Assembly: GCF_009834535.1 (NCBI RefSeq)
Contig: NC_045696.1
Span: 11,348,001 to 11,412,000 of the forward strand
Direction: 5' to 3'
DNA length: 64,000 bases
Origin: Camelus ferus
Lineage: Eukaryota
Both the position numbers and the translations under genes were made by a program. Numbering within the stretch: the first letter of the stretch is position 1; each line of letters begins with the position of its first letter. The notes below the pieces were generated by a model that was given only the letters and a program-made list of their open reading frames with translations, did not search any database and was not told the origin of the DNA. Shown piece by piece: positions 50,903-62,183 of this stretch.

Positions 50903-52171
50903 CAGACCCAGATTAACAGTGAATCTAATGACTCAAACTCCAGGCCTCCTCACTCAAATGAGCCTCTTTCAAAAGCTGGAAGGGGGTTCCAGCAATGTAT
51001 TGACACATTTTTGAAAAATCTGCAAAGGTCAGATATTTTAACTGCAATTAGTTAAGACTGTCTCTTTCCTCCCCAGCTCACCATTTGTCACACTTCCTTT
51101 TGTTCTATGTGGTGTTGGAATGGCTGCAGTATTTTGCAAACAAGCTAATTGTGGGGAAGCTGAGTTAGGGTACCTTTAATTTGGGTTTAGCGTGACACTT
51201 TTATGTGGTTCATGATTACTTCCATAGTCTCTGCTAGCCAACCTGGGGACAGAATGGCTGCCAGGAACATTTCTACTACCCACAGTGCAAATTCACCCAG
51301 CCTCAGGTCATGAAGGTGCACGGCTAGAATTTGTACTGCAGTGTGGATGTGTCCCTGGAGCCAGGCCCTGGAACTATGTGGAGAGTGGAAGAGAAATGTA
51401 CAAATGTACAGTGCCAGAAGCTCAGCTATGGAAAAGCTTTCAAACTCTTGAGGATTACAAATGAAAATTCCCAAATCTGATGACAACCCAACTTTACAGG
51501 ACATTGCTAATAATGGGTACGAAGCTGCAAAAAACTTTTGTAAATTATAAAAAATATAAAACCAGTCTGGATCTCAGCCAGGTGACCAAGGTTAACATCT
51601 GAAGGGATGAGAGTGGTACTTCATCTGTGTGGTTTTCCTCCCCAAACCTAGAATCCCAATCAAACCATGAGAAAAACAGACAAACCCAAATTGATTGGAC
51701 ATTCTACAAAATATCTATAAAATTCACAACTGGCAAGGTTACCAAAAAGAAGGAAAGTCTGTGAAACTGTCACAGACCAGAGGAGCCTAGGAAGACATAA
51801 TGACTAAATGAATGTAATGTGTTATCCTGGAACAGAAAAGGGAGCTTAGGGAAGAATTAATGAAATTCAAATAAAGTGTGGAGTTTAGTTAATAATAATG
51901 TTTTAATATTGATTCATTAATTGTAACAAGTATATACATAGCCCAAAAATGAAATGGAAAAAATGTAATGTAGCCAGTGTGTCAGGCAAATAATTAAACT
52001 ATTATGTAATATTTCTGGATTTTGTGATATTTATGGTATCTATCAATTTTTAAAATATTTAAATTTCTGTGATTTTTTTTTCTCTCATTTTAAATATTTG
52101 CTTTCTTGCCTAATTTTCTGTTCCTGATTTTTTTTTTAAGGATGGCCCCTTGAAATCCAAATCTGCCTCTG
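50903..52171 (+). mobile_element. Internally deleted hAT-Tip100 DNA transposon (Zaphod-like) with a transposase remnant
   Basis: TIR-like ends CAGACCCAGATT / AATCTGCCTCTG (10/12); 51468-51563 reads FPNLMTTQLYRTLLIM, frameshift, YEAAKNFCKL*, resembling the hAT C-terminal dimerization motif (FPNL...LP.TS...ER.FSKL). Confidence 0.75.
51563..51935 (+). mobile_element. L1MC/MD-class 3'UTR fragment nested in the hAT element
   Basis: CATGAGAAAAACAGACAAACCCAAATTGA...GGACATTCTACAAAATA...AACTGTCACAGACCAGAGGAGCCTA...ATCCTGGAACAGAAAAGG. Confidence 0.85.
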
Positions 52172-52641
52172 GGTACCAAGTCCAACCAAGTTCCTACTGC
52201 TCACCGCATAACAGGCCAATAAATCGAGAGATGAGCTGTTGGGGTGAGGAATATGGACTTTATTAGAGAAGATGGTGGACTAGTGGCCCAAAGAACCATC
52301 TTCCCCCAGTTAGAATTCAGGCTCCATTATACTAAAAGTGAAACGAGTATGTTTGGTTGCTGCAAACTTCTTGGTGTCAGAATGGTATCCTTTGTTCTTA
52401 CAGCTGTCCAGGTAGGTCAGGTCACAATGTTCCTATAAACCTCCACCAAGACAAAAGTTATTCTCTGCTCTGCAACATGTTACCTCTCTACAAATGGAAC
52501 CTTTAAAGGTTGGAGTCCTTAGAATGGGCCATCCTGTATATCTCAGGCTATAGGCAGCATTCTTATAGCAAAAGCGATAGAATACAAAGGTGTAAAAGAA
52601 ACAGATCCCATATGGAGTCACATTTGTTCTTCCCTATTACA
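52172..52641 (-). mobile_element. Lineage-specific ERV1-type solo LTR
   Basis: Reverse complement starts TGTAATAGGGAAGAACAAATGTGACTCCATATGG; ACAGGCCAATAAATCGAGAGATGAG...GACTTTATT motif recalled from Cetartiodactyla ERV1 LTRs. Confidence 0.82.
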
Positions 52642-52858
52642 GGTGTATGTGTACAGCAGTGGGTAGTAGTGTTATCACTGTACCAGTCTATAATATGGTA
52701 GGAGGCATTTGTATTGTTCTTTGGCCCTCCCAAAAGTCAGAAAAATATTTAAATATTATTTAAATAAATTCTTTCTTTTTTTTTTTTTTTTTTTTTTCAG
52801 AAATCATCAATAGTTTGTTCCTGCTGCTTCTAAATGAGAAGTTGGACATCATTTAAAG

Positions 52859-53044
52859 CAGTGGTTCTAAGCCCTGGCTGTACATAAGAGTCCCTGGGGG
52901 TAAGGATGGAGGTAGGAGGCTAAAATATACTGAGGCCCAGTCCCAGATGTTGAACCAGCATTTCCAAGTGTAGGGCCTAGGTATCAGTAGTATTTAAAAC
53001 TATCCAGATGATTCTAATATTCAGCCAGGATTGAGAAGCCACTG
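52859..53044. mobile_element. MER5A-like hAT-Charlie element
   Basis: Terminal inverted repeats CAGTGGTTCT / AGAAGCCACTG; CCAGATGATTCTAATATTCAGCCAGGATTGAGA. Confidence 0.88.
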
Positions 53045-53619
53045 AATAGAGTCTGGTCTCCAAGTGGTCCAAGTCAGCTATTTATGTTATGAGTCCTAAC
53101 TTTGTGCCCATCATCATTGTGCTTGGTGTGACGGATGCACAGAAGTGTGAAACAAACCATCAAGGAGCCTTCAGTCTGGCCATCCCAGAGTGAGGTTGGG
53201 GTGTCTGGATTTCCCTGTAAGAAGAAGCTGAATAGAAAATTGAGTGCAGGCTGCCTGTGGAACAGAGCAAATGAGAAGTGTCCGGGAGAGCTGTGTCTTG
53301 CTTTATCAGGTCTAGGGGTGGTGAGAGATTCTTAAAGAGTGTTCTATGAATTCCCAGAAGCTTCCAACAAATTTAAGTCTATGAAGAACCTTCCGCCAGA
53401 ACTCTCAACTTTGACATTAATGGGGAGAAAGATGATCTCAAATGGCCTGCAGACCCCAAGCTTCTGCCTTCATGGAAACAGAATATAAAAGCAATAGCAA
53501 GGTTTTGGCCTGTTGTTAAGAAAACATAAAGGGAGAGAGGGAGAGAGAGAGATCGATCTTGCTTGCAATAGCAACAGAAACACAAAATGCTGAGGAAACA
53601 AGAGATATACAGGATCTAG

Positions 53620-55600
53620 AGTCAGAGAACTACAAACTTTACTGAGTAAGTTTTTTAAAAACCTACTTCATAAATAGAAAGACTAGATCAGGAAAGCTTA
53701 ACATCGTAAATCCCAAACTAACTATATACATTCATTAGAATTTCAGTCTGTACCCCAATAAAATTATTTTTGGAACTTGATAGTGATTTTAAAGTTGATT
53801 TGGCAGAAAGTGTGAAGCTGGTCAGTTAAAAAAAAAAAAAAGAAGAAGAAGAGGGAGGAGCATTGATCTTTACCAAATATCAAAACATAGTTTTAAAGTG
53901 ATAAAAATATAAACAGAAAGATACTATCTTAGGAACAAACAGATAAGGAACAGAATGAAAAGTACAGAAACAACTCTAAATTAATTATTATAAATAACCA
54001 GGATATGATAAAGATGGAATTCCAATTAAGTGGGAAAGAATGAACCACTCAATATATCATGTTGGAATAACTGGCTAACCATTTGGAAAAAATCAAGTTG
54101 GATTTCCTCCTCAGAATAGCCACAGTAATAACTTGCATATGGTTTATATGTTTAAAAAAAAAACATAAAAGTACCAGAAGGAAAAAGAAGGTAAAATTTT
54201 ATGTAAACTTGTAGTAGGGAAGCTTTCTAAGCATAACACCAAAGGAAGTATCAATAAAGTCACATACTGGGAGAGATGATTATAAAAATATTGTAGACTT
54301 ATAAATCTAAAAAAAAAAACCATGAAAGGTAAATCACATCTCGGAAAACAGCCATGACATATGTGACATACATAGGATTTAATATCCTGAAATACAAAGA
54401 TATTTGACAGACAAAAGAAAAAAGTTTAGTATAAAATAAGAGCTAATTTCCTACAATAAGTGCACACAGCCAATTAATGTACCAAAAAAAAAAAAAGCAT
54501 TCAACCTTCTTAGTTAATAGAACTCATATGAAAACCAAGAGAAGCCACTTTGGTCTAAAAGATTAGCAAAGAGGAAATGGAGAAATAGATTCACCTCCAA
54601 AACATATAAACTGACCACATCATTTCTGGGAGACAATTAAGCATTAAATCTTCAGTCTTTCAAAGATTCATATCCTTTGGTCCAGCAGTCTCCTTTTGGG
54701 GAAGTCATTCTAAGAACCAATGACATAAAAGCACAAAGAGATAAAATTAAGTAAATGTTTAGGCATCGGCAAGGCAAGGAAATCTTTTTTTTTTTAAATA
54801 AAAGAATTACAGGGGTAGAAGAGAGGGAAGGGGGATGTAAGAGGTGCAAACTATCAGGTATAAAATAAGCTACAAGGATATATTGGCCAACACGGGGAAT
54901 ACAGCCAGTATTTTATAATAACTACATAAAAGGAGAAGAACCTTTAAAAATTGTGAATCACTATAATGTACACCTGTAACGTAATTTTGTACATCAACTA
55001 TACTTCAATAAAAATTAAAAAGAAAAGAATTATATATTTGATATTTCAAAAAGGACTAGAGAACTATCATCATAGATAAACCAGAGTTTTGTCGCACCTT
55101 TTTTGTAATTTTACTCTTGGTTTTAGTCCCTCATTTGAACTAGATAAGGGAATGCAGTGGAAGAAACCATGACTTTTTTTCACTGTTTCATTTATCTTTA
55201 GATCTTGGTCTGCACTCTGCATAAGGACATTCAATCGACTATTAATACTTACAGTAATGAAAAACTAGAAAAAAACGATACACAAAACAATAAATGACCT
55301 GTTGAAAATGTATGACGTGGTCTTGAAATGGACTACTAGGAGCCACTAAGAATTATAATGGCAGATTTCTATTTATTGACATTGTAAGATACAATTTACG
55401 AGGTAAAGAATAAAGTTCAAAGCCAATAATCTGGTAAGATCCTGTTTTCCTTAAGTAAATATTTAAAAGTGTATTTGGTATAAAAAAAGAACAGAAGAAT
55501 ACAATGAGTGTGGGAATGAGGAGAGAGGATGGGCAGCATTTTTTAAGTCTGTATTTTCTAAATATTCTATGTTGAAAATGAATTACTTTGGGAGTAAAGA
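53620..55600 (+). mobile_element. Ancient, decayed L1 (L1ME-class) ORF2 and 3'UTR
   Basis: A-rich strand with motifs GGAATAACTGGCTAACCATTTGGAAAAAA, TATCCTTTGGTCCAGCAGTCTCC, AAAACTAGAAA...AATGGACTACT. Confidence 0.75.
54812..55022 (+). mobile_element. Short young L1 3' end inserted in the old L1
   Basis: GGTGCAAACTATCAGGTATAAAATAAGCTACAAGGATATATTG...CAACTATACTTCAATAAAAA; TSD AAAAGAATTACA (54800-54811) / AAAAGAATTATA (55023-55034). Confidence 0.92.
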
Positions 55601-57699
55601 AGAGATGTTAATGGAAATTTTTAGCCACCCAGGTGTAATATTTTCTGGAACAAGGCAGGGTGTAAATTAATTATTTAATTGAAGAAAAATAGAGTCACTG
55701 GCTTCATTCGGCCAATCCTGTCTCCGAATAACTAAGCCGTGTGGACAACATCGTTATTACTTGCTGCAGATTCAAAAACATTTGATCTTTGGGCATCGGT
55801 CCTCCTGGTTTTCTTGGCTCCCCCGAAGGTGCCTGGGGGTGCTCAGCCCTTGTTAAAGATGAGTGAGCCCAATCCCAACAAGGGAAGTGGCCGGCCCAGT
55901 GTCGCGGGGAACAACAGAGACATCGCCGGGCCGAGCACAGGGCCCCAGGGCTGCTGCCTTCTATTGCACAGCTGAAAAGTTGGTTGTTTTGCCAATCCTT
56001 TTCTGTGCATTCTGTCCAGGCACCTCCTTTAGCAATAGATTCAGGGCCTCTCCCTCCTTTATTGGGATGGGGGGATAGGGGCAGGGGTCCCTTATTAGGC
56101 AAACAATTGTGGGGCATCCCCCCCTCCGTGGGGGAGAGAGAACATGGACAGATTATTATGCTGTCTCAAAAGGAGTTGGTGGAAGCCTAAATACAGCCTG
56201 TGGGAGCCCAGAGCTTGGAAGAGGGTTGACACCTTAGGGGACGACACGACGAGGCAGACCACACAGATGGAACATGGTTACAGTTGGAAACCTGGGGAGC
56301 AAATAGGACCTGAGGGAAGGCAGCATGAGGCTTTTGGTCCGTGGAGCCCAATATTTCCCGGGCACCTTGACGGTCTCTCTGGGAGGCCTCATGAAGATTG
56401 TTCCCAAGCCTCTCTCCAGGTGGCCTGTGATCACAGCAAGGACCAGTGGGGGGCGCTCCCAGAGGCAGACCCCAGCCCTCCGGTTAGCCCCTCTTAGCCT
56501 TCTTTTTCATGCTGCCACCACTGGCTCACACCACAAGCACATGCTGCCTTTCAGGATGGAGAACAGGCTTAGCCCAAGCTTCCTGCAGCATCGTGTTTGG
56601 CAGAGAGGTCGTCTAAAGTTCTACCTGTGGTGCAGGTGTTCCTGGGACAGAAGGAGCAATGCCCAGGGAGTCCTATAGTGCCTGTGTTGTGCTCGGTGTC
56701 TCAGCTTCGTTGCCTGTAAAGTGGGGATGCTAATATCTCCATGCAGAGCTATTAGAGAACTGAGTTAATTCAGGTAAAAGACTGGTGCTCAGTAAGCATC
56801 AGTTACCACTTGGACCGCAGTCTCTTCTTCTAGGAAAAATGCAAGGGTTGGTGGAGCAGCATAGGTGGTCCCAGCCAGCTCAGTTCTCTGTGAGTCAGTA
56901 GCAGGAGAGCCACCCTCCTCCCCTCACAGAGCTGATTGCTCTCAACAAAGGGGTGGCTTTTCACATCACCATAGAGTTTCCTGAATAGATTTTTTATATC
57001 CATTAGCTGGATGCTATAACTAGAATATCTTTTGTTTTTCTAGAAAAACATATTTTTAGCACTATATTCTGGCATATTTTATTCTTTTATCCTTGCTTAA
57101 AGAAAATCTTTCAAACTGCTTGTCTTCCATGGAAAAATAGATAGTACACCATTTCTGGAAGGATCTCATAAATGATTTAATATCTTAGCTTAAAGCAAAT
57201 TTACTGTAAGATAGTTGCAAAGCTAATACTGACTTAAGAAAAAAATTTTTTTTTTGCCAACTCTGCCCAGCTGCAGAGAGGGATCTCAAGTGAGAATCTG
57301 AAGTTTCAGCTCAAGTGTTACACGGAAGTGCATTCGTGGCTGGGCAAGCGCGAAGCAGCTGTCAGGAGGCGGTTCCCCTGTGGAGGTGGATGGGGGAGGT
57401 TGGGGGAGCTGAGTGGGAGGCTTTGGTCCGAGGGTCTCTGAGCTTGGAGTGTGCGGAGACTGAGATGGGCAGGGCCGGGCAGACACCAGCGAGCTGGGTG
57501 AAGGGCCCCTCCTGGGAGAAGTCAAGCTCGGGGGAGCAGAACGGGAGAGACTTGCCTGCCTGCCTGCCTTCCCTTCCTTCTCTGCCTCTTAATCTCCTCC
57601 TGCCCCTCCCCGCTTCTTCAGAGGGGATACAGGCAGGCAGGGGAGCCAACCCACAAAGCATGCTGGGAAGGACATTCCCCCCGTGGAGACATGGAATCG

Positions 57700-57870
57700 A
57701 ATGAGATAATAATGCATTGAAAGCATTTCCTCGTTTTTCAGATCACATCACAAGTGCTTCTTCACTTCAGACCCAACTCTCATCACCTCCACTTTGAGGA
57801 GGAAAGAGGGACACAAGGGGAGCTGGTGACTTGGCCCCCATCAGGGTGCCCAGTGTCTGGGAGAGGACGC
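57700..57870 (-). mobile_element. MIR SINE
   Basis: CATCACCTCCACTTTGAGGAGGAAAGAGGGACACAAGGGGAGCTGGTGACTTGGCCC. Confidence 0.55.
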
Positions 57871-58817
57871 CGGCTTGGGCCTCCTGCTTGCGGCCCACGC
57901 CCCTTCCGGCCTGGGCTACACCGTGCATCACCTTCAAGAACCCCTCGAGCAGGCGCTGTTATGCCCACACCCCGGGCTTGGGAGCCCAGAGCGGGTGAGT
58001 CACCTGCTTGTGGTCACCTGGGTGGTAGGAGCCCGAGAGCCCGCCCTCCCCAGCTCTGCCGCACTCACCTCGCTCCTCTGAGAGTCCACTACCCCCCGTC
58101 CACACTGAGTGTCTTGTTTTATTTACTGCTTACAAAGTCCCATTTTGCCAAGGCCAGATGACCAGTCCCAGGCCAACCATCAAGCTCTTGGAGTTGATCA
58201 AAAAGGCAGGACACATCCAGGATCTTCCAGCGCCCACCCAGGGCACCTCTCCCACACACAGGGCCTTGTGACACACTCAGCTTGGTCTGTGCTACAATGA
58301 CAATAGCTGTGCGGGCCTCCCCGCCTCCCACATGGGGCCTCAGACGGCTCAGGTTCAGGAATCTCGGGGAGCCCTGGAAGCAGCTGGAGAGCTGGCATCA
58401 GCCCCTCCAGGAAGGTCCAGATGGGCCTGGAGTGTAGCCAGAGGCCTCTGCAAACCTTGGCTAATGCTGCGGAATCTCCAGCACCTTCCATGTGAAAGAG
58501 GGAAGAGGGGTTAATGGGTTTCTTCCCACAGAGGGGACCACCTGTGAAAACGGCAGGGCAGGAAGTCTAACCATCGTGAGGCTGCTGAGGGACCCTGAAG
58601 ACGGACTGGTTTGTTCCTCTCAGGAAAAGACAGAGTGGCCCCTTAGAAGCACCAATTTTATCCCAGGGTCCCAGCCACTCACTGGGGGCAGCTTTACCTG
58701 TCCTGGTGTCCCCTGCCCTAGTGGCTTCAAGCCCACATCCAGGGCCTGCACAGGCCTCTTCCCAGCAGACACCCTTTTGGGGCGCACACCCTAGTCCCGA
58801 GGGGTGGCCGAGGGCTC

Positions 58818-58844
58818 TGTGCGTGCGTGCGTGCGTGTGTGTGC
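58818..58844. repeat. (GCGT)n/(GT)n alternating purine-pyrimidine tract
   Basis: TGTGCGTGCGTGCGTGCGTGTGTGTGCA read directly from the sequence. Confidence 0.9.
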
Positions 58845-59018
58845 AGGCTGGGACCCACACACAGCACAGAGGGTCCTTGTACATAAGCACAAACAGTGGA
58901 TGCCCAGGACGAGGGGAGAAGAGCGGAGAGTGGGCCTCTGTTCGCACTCTTGTCCCAGCCCCGCAGACACAGAGAACGGGCCCGGGCCCGGGTGTCCCCC
59001 CAAGCCTCCTGACTGCCC

Positions 59019-59196
59019 TTTAAAAAAATTTATAAAAAGTGAAGCCAACAAAATAATACCCTGCATTATTTCAATAATATTACATAAACTTTGTAACGTA
59101 TTTATGAAAAACACAGAGAAGAAAAAAGAGGAAAGAAAATGCACCTCAATTCCATCCCTAGAGACAATCTCTGTTAACATTTTGACATATTTCCCC
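59019..59196 (-). mobile_element. Ancient L1 3' end (L1ME-class)
   Basis: AT-rich island ending CCCTAGAGACAATCTCTGTTAACATTTTGACATATTTCC. Confidence 0.65.
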
Positions 59197-59920
59197 GAAA
59201 CTGAGCCACCGAGGCCTCCACCTACTGGGAAGCCAGCGGGCCTGCTGTGCGTGGGGTCGAGGTAAGGGCACGAGCCCCGGGCTAACACTGCTCTGCTCCC
59301 GTCCAGGTGTGCTGCCGCCGGCAAGCTCCTGAACCTCTCTGTGCCTGATTTTCAAAGCTCACAGGAGAGCGTGTGCTTCCTAGGCCTCTGTGTAGGAAAG
59401 AGCTTGGAGGTCAAGCTGTTTCTGCCTCTGTTGACTGGTTGCCTCTCTGACACTCATGCTGGCGACTGTCCATTCTGAGTTTGAATACCTCTTGCGTAAG
59501 ACTGTCGTAAGGAGATGTGTGAAATGCTTGGAAGAGTTCCATGCACAGAGCAAGTGCTCAATACATGTTAGCTATTGGGATTCAGAAGGCCAGCAGTAAA
59601 GGTGCTTCATTTGTTCGTGACCCAAAGGAAAGAAATGGGATCAATTGGGTGGAGCTACTGGGAAAGATTTCGGCTCTATTGAGGAGTGGCCCACAGAGGG
59701 GAAGGTAGTAGTAAGTTCCACTTGCTAGAGGCATTCAGACTCAGAATGGACAGTCACCAGCGTGGGTGCCAGAGAGGCGACCAGGTTGGCAGAGGTGGGA
59801 ACACCTTGACCTCCCAGCTCCTTTCTACACGGAGGCCTAGGACACACACAGTCTCCCGTGAGCTTTGAAACTCAGGCACAGCTGCCCCCAGGACTACCCC
59901 CTCCCTCTGGAAAAGCCAGC

Positions 59921-60370
59921 TGTTACGGGTTGAATGGTTTCTGTCCCCCCAAAATTCACATGTTGAAGTCCTCACCCCAGCACCTTGGAATGTGACCAAC
60001 AATTGGAAATAGGGGCACTGCAGATGTGATTCGTGATGGCAGTGTCATACAGGAGCAAGGTGGCCCCTGATCCAACATGACTGTGTCTTCATAAAAGGGG
60101 GCCATCCGGACACAGACAGACACAGGGGGAGAGCACCACATCAGGACGAAGGCAGAGAGGGAGCAGATGCGTCTCTAAGGAACACAAAAGAGCGCCAGGA
60201 AAACACGAGAAGCCAGGGGAGCGGCCTGGAACAGCTTCTCCCTCACAGCGCTCGGGAGGCAGCAACCCGGCTGACATTGTCCAGCCTCCAGACCCTTGGA
60301 GGGGACACGGGTGTCGTCTCGGCCCCCAGCGTGGGGTGCTCTGTCAGGGCAGCCCGAGCAGAGGGAAGCA
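59921..60370 (+). mobile_element. MaLR solo LTR, MLT1C-like, with a GC-shifted 3' half
   Basis: TGTTACGGGTTGAAT...CCCCCCAAAATTCACATGTTGAAGTCCTCACCCCAG start; CA end; TSD CCAGC (59916-59920) / CCAAC (60371-60375). Confidence 0.88.
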
Positions 60371-61109
60371 CCAACCGAGGGCTGCTTTCCCAGCTGCACG
60401 GGAACAGCCACGCGCGTCACCTCCTCTGCGGGTGGCGGCCCATCTTCCCTCCCTGTTCTTTGAATGCATGCAGGGGGTCCAGCAGCCAAAGGGTTGCTGG
60501 TTGGAGGCAAAGCCATTCTCTAAAGGATCAGCCGTGGGGCAGCCGCCTCCTCTGAGCCCCTCCTGCGAGAGCAGCCTCCCGGGCGCAGGAGGCTCCCGCT
60601 CTGCTGAAGTTTTGAATGATCACCACGCAGGGAGAGGGCGGCCGTCCCCCTGCCAGCGGTCAGAGCCCCTCGGCTCAGATTAAAGCCTCCACGGGGCCAC
60701 AGGACAAAGGGAGGAAAGAGACAAAGAGGCGCACCGGCAGCCAGAAAGCCTGCTCCGCCGCCTCCTAATGACCTGCTTTTAGAACAGGCTCCTTTTATCC
60801 TGACAACGGTTTAATTCAAGCCACTGGGACTCTGCCCTTGGCCTAAGTTCACACCAGCTGTGTGTAGGCTGAATGCACCTTTAAAAACCAGAACCCACAG
60901 ATCTCAGCATCCTGGTGTCAATCCCTCCGGGAGGACCTAGGCTGAAAGGCCAGGAACCTGGGCATCCACCGTCCCCTCTCAGCTCCTGAGACTCTGTAAC
61001 AGCAACTCGCATCTGCCCAGCGCACAGTCCCCGTCAGGCACTACGACGTGCACTTCATGTGTTCTGCGTCTTTCATCCTCTCCCTGTTCGGGGTATGTGT
61101 GTGGTGGTG

Positions 61110-61570
61110 GTGGTGGTGTGGTGGTGGGAGGGTCCTTCATTAGCCCATCTCTCACACAAGGAAAGTGAGGCCTGAGGGACTAAGGAACTTGCCCAAGAGC
61201 TAGCGGATGGTGGAGCCCAGCTCTGTGCTCGTAACCACCACGCTAAACAGGGTCTGCCTTGGCTACGTCCTCTCCACTGTGGGGCGTCCTCAGGGAGATA
61301 GCAGGCAGGCCAGGAGGGCTGGGAGAGGCCCCTGAGTTGTGAGGGGCAAGGTGGAGGTCCCTCCAGAGTCTGCTGGCCCTGCAGAATGTAAAACCACATT
61401 CTGTAGAGCTGAACAGGGCCTTGACAATCATACAGTCCCCATTTTTTTTTCACAAAGAGGCTGAGATCTAGTGAGGTGAAGTGACTGGCCCCAAATCCCA
61501 GAACAAATTAGTGGCAGAACCAGGCCACGAGCAGATGTCCTGGTTTCCAATCCAGCAATCTTTGTTAAAT
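61110..61570 (-). mobile_element. Two MIR fragments (about 61110-61240 and 61430-61570)
   Basis: AGGAAAGTGAGGCCTGAGGGACTAAGGAACTTGCCCAAG; CCCCATTTT...GAGGCTGAGA...GAGGTGAAGTGACTGGCCCCAA. Confidence 0.72.
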
Positions 61571-62016
61571 ACCATGTTCCATCGTAACAAGAGGGAGTGA
61601 TTTTCTTCCACAGCCTGAGAGATTCATAAAGGATGCTGTGAAACGCTTTCAGATCGCTGAGGCTGTGATGTACTTGCTCAGGTTTGCCACGGCAGAGCTT
61701 TTGTCGAGTCTGAAAAATGGGGTAGATACTGTGACTCCCAGCTGGGACAAGTGCCCAAACTGCTGCAGGCAGACTTCCCCAAGGGAGAGAAAATGCAGGC
61801 TGGAATCTCCTGGGACCATATTTTAGGTGTGAAGTTGAGTGAACTAACCTTTTGCTAAAAGTCCATCAGTCCTATGTTTATTGTACAGATCACTGATTAT
61901 GTTAGCTGAAGATAAGGGACTCGTTTTAGCCCAATATTCAGAGACAGTTAAGAGAGGGAGAGAGGAAGAGAGAGATCAACTGTTGGTGGTTCTTGAGGCA
62001 TGTCTACAAAACTTTT

Positions 62017-62183
62017 CCATCCATTCAACCACTTACCCATCTGTTCATCTCTCCATCCATCCACCCATCCATTTATCTCTCCGTCCATCCATCCATCTGT
62101 CTATCCATTCTTCCATCCATCTTTTTATCTATCCATCCATCTGTCCATCCAACCACTCATCCATCCACCCATCCATTTATTCA
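62017..62183. repeat. Degenerate (CCAT)n tract abutting a minus-strand L2 (about 62185-62480)
   Basis: Read directly; followed by TACTCTGTGCAA...TGCTAGAC...GAATAAGACCTAGTTCCTGCCCT...GGAGCTT. Confidence 0.9.

Larger units (their letters stand above)
50605..52848 (+). mobile_element. LTR33-like ERVL LTR split into two parts (about 50605-50902 and 52642-52848) by nested insertions
   Basis: 5' part CTCCAGCCTTCTCCACAGCGAGGGC...ATGATCTAGGCTCAGCCAA; 3' part GTGTTATCACTGTACCAGT...AATAAATTCTTT...CTGCTGCTTCTAA. Confidence 0.55.

Noticed and set aside
57286..59355. Dense cluster of 100-177 aa ORFs
   Set aside because: Stop-poor GC-rich sequence. The ORFs run through a MIR, a simple repeat and an L1 tail, with no coherent exon structure or homology.
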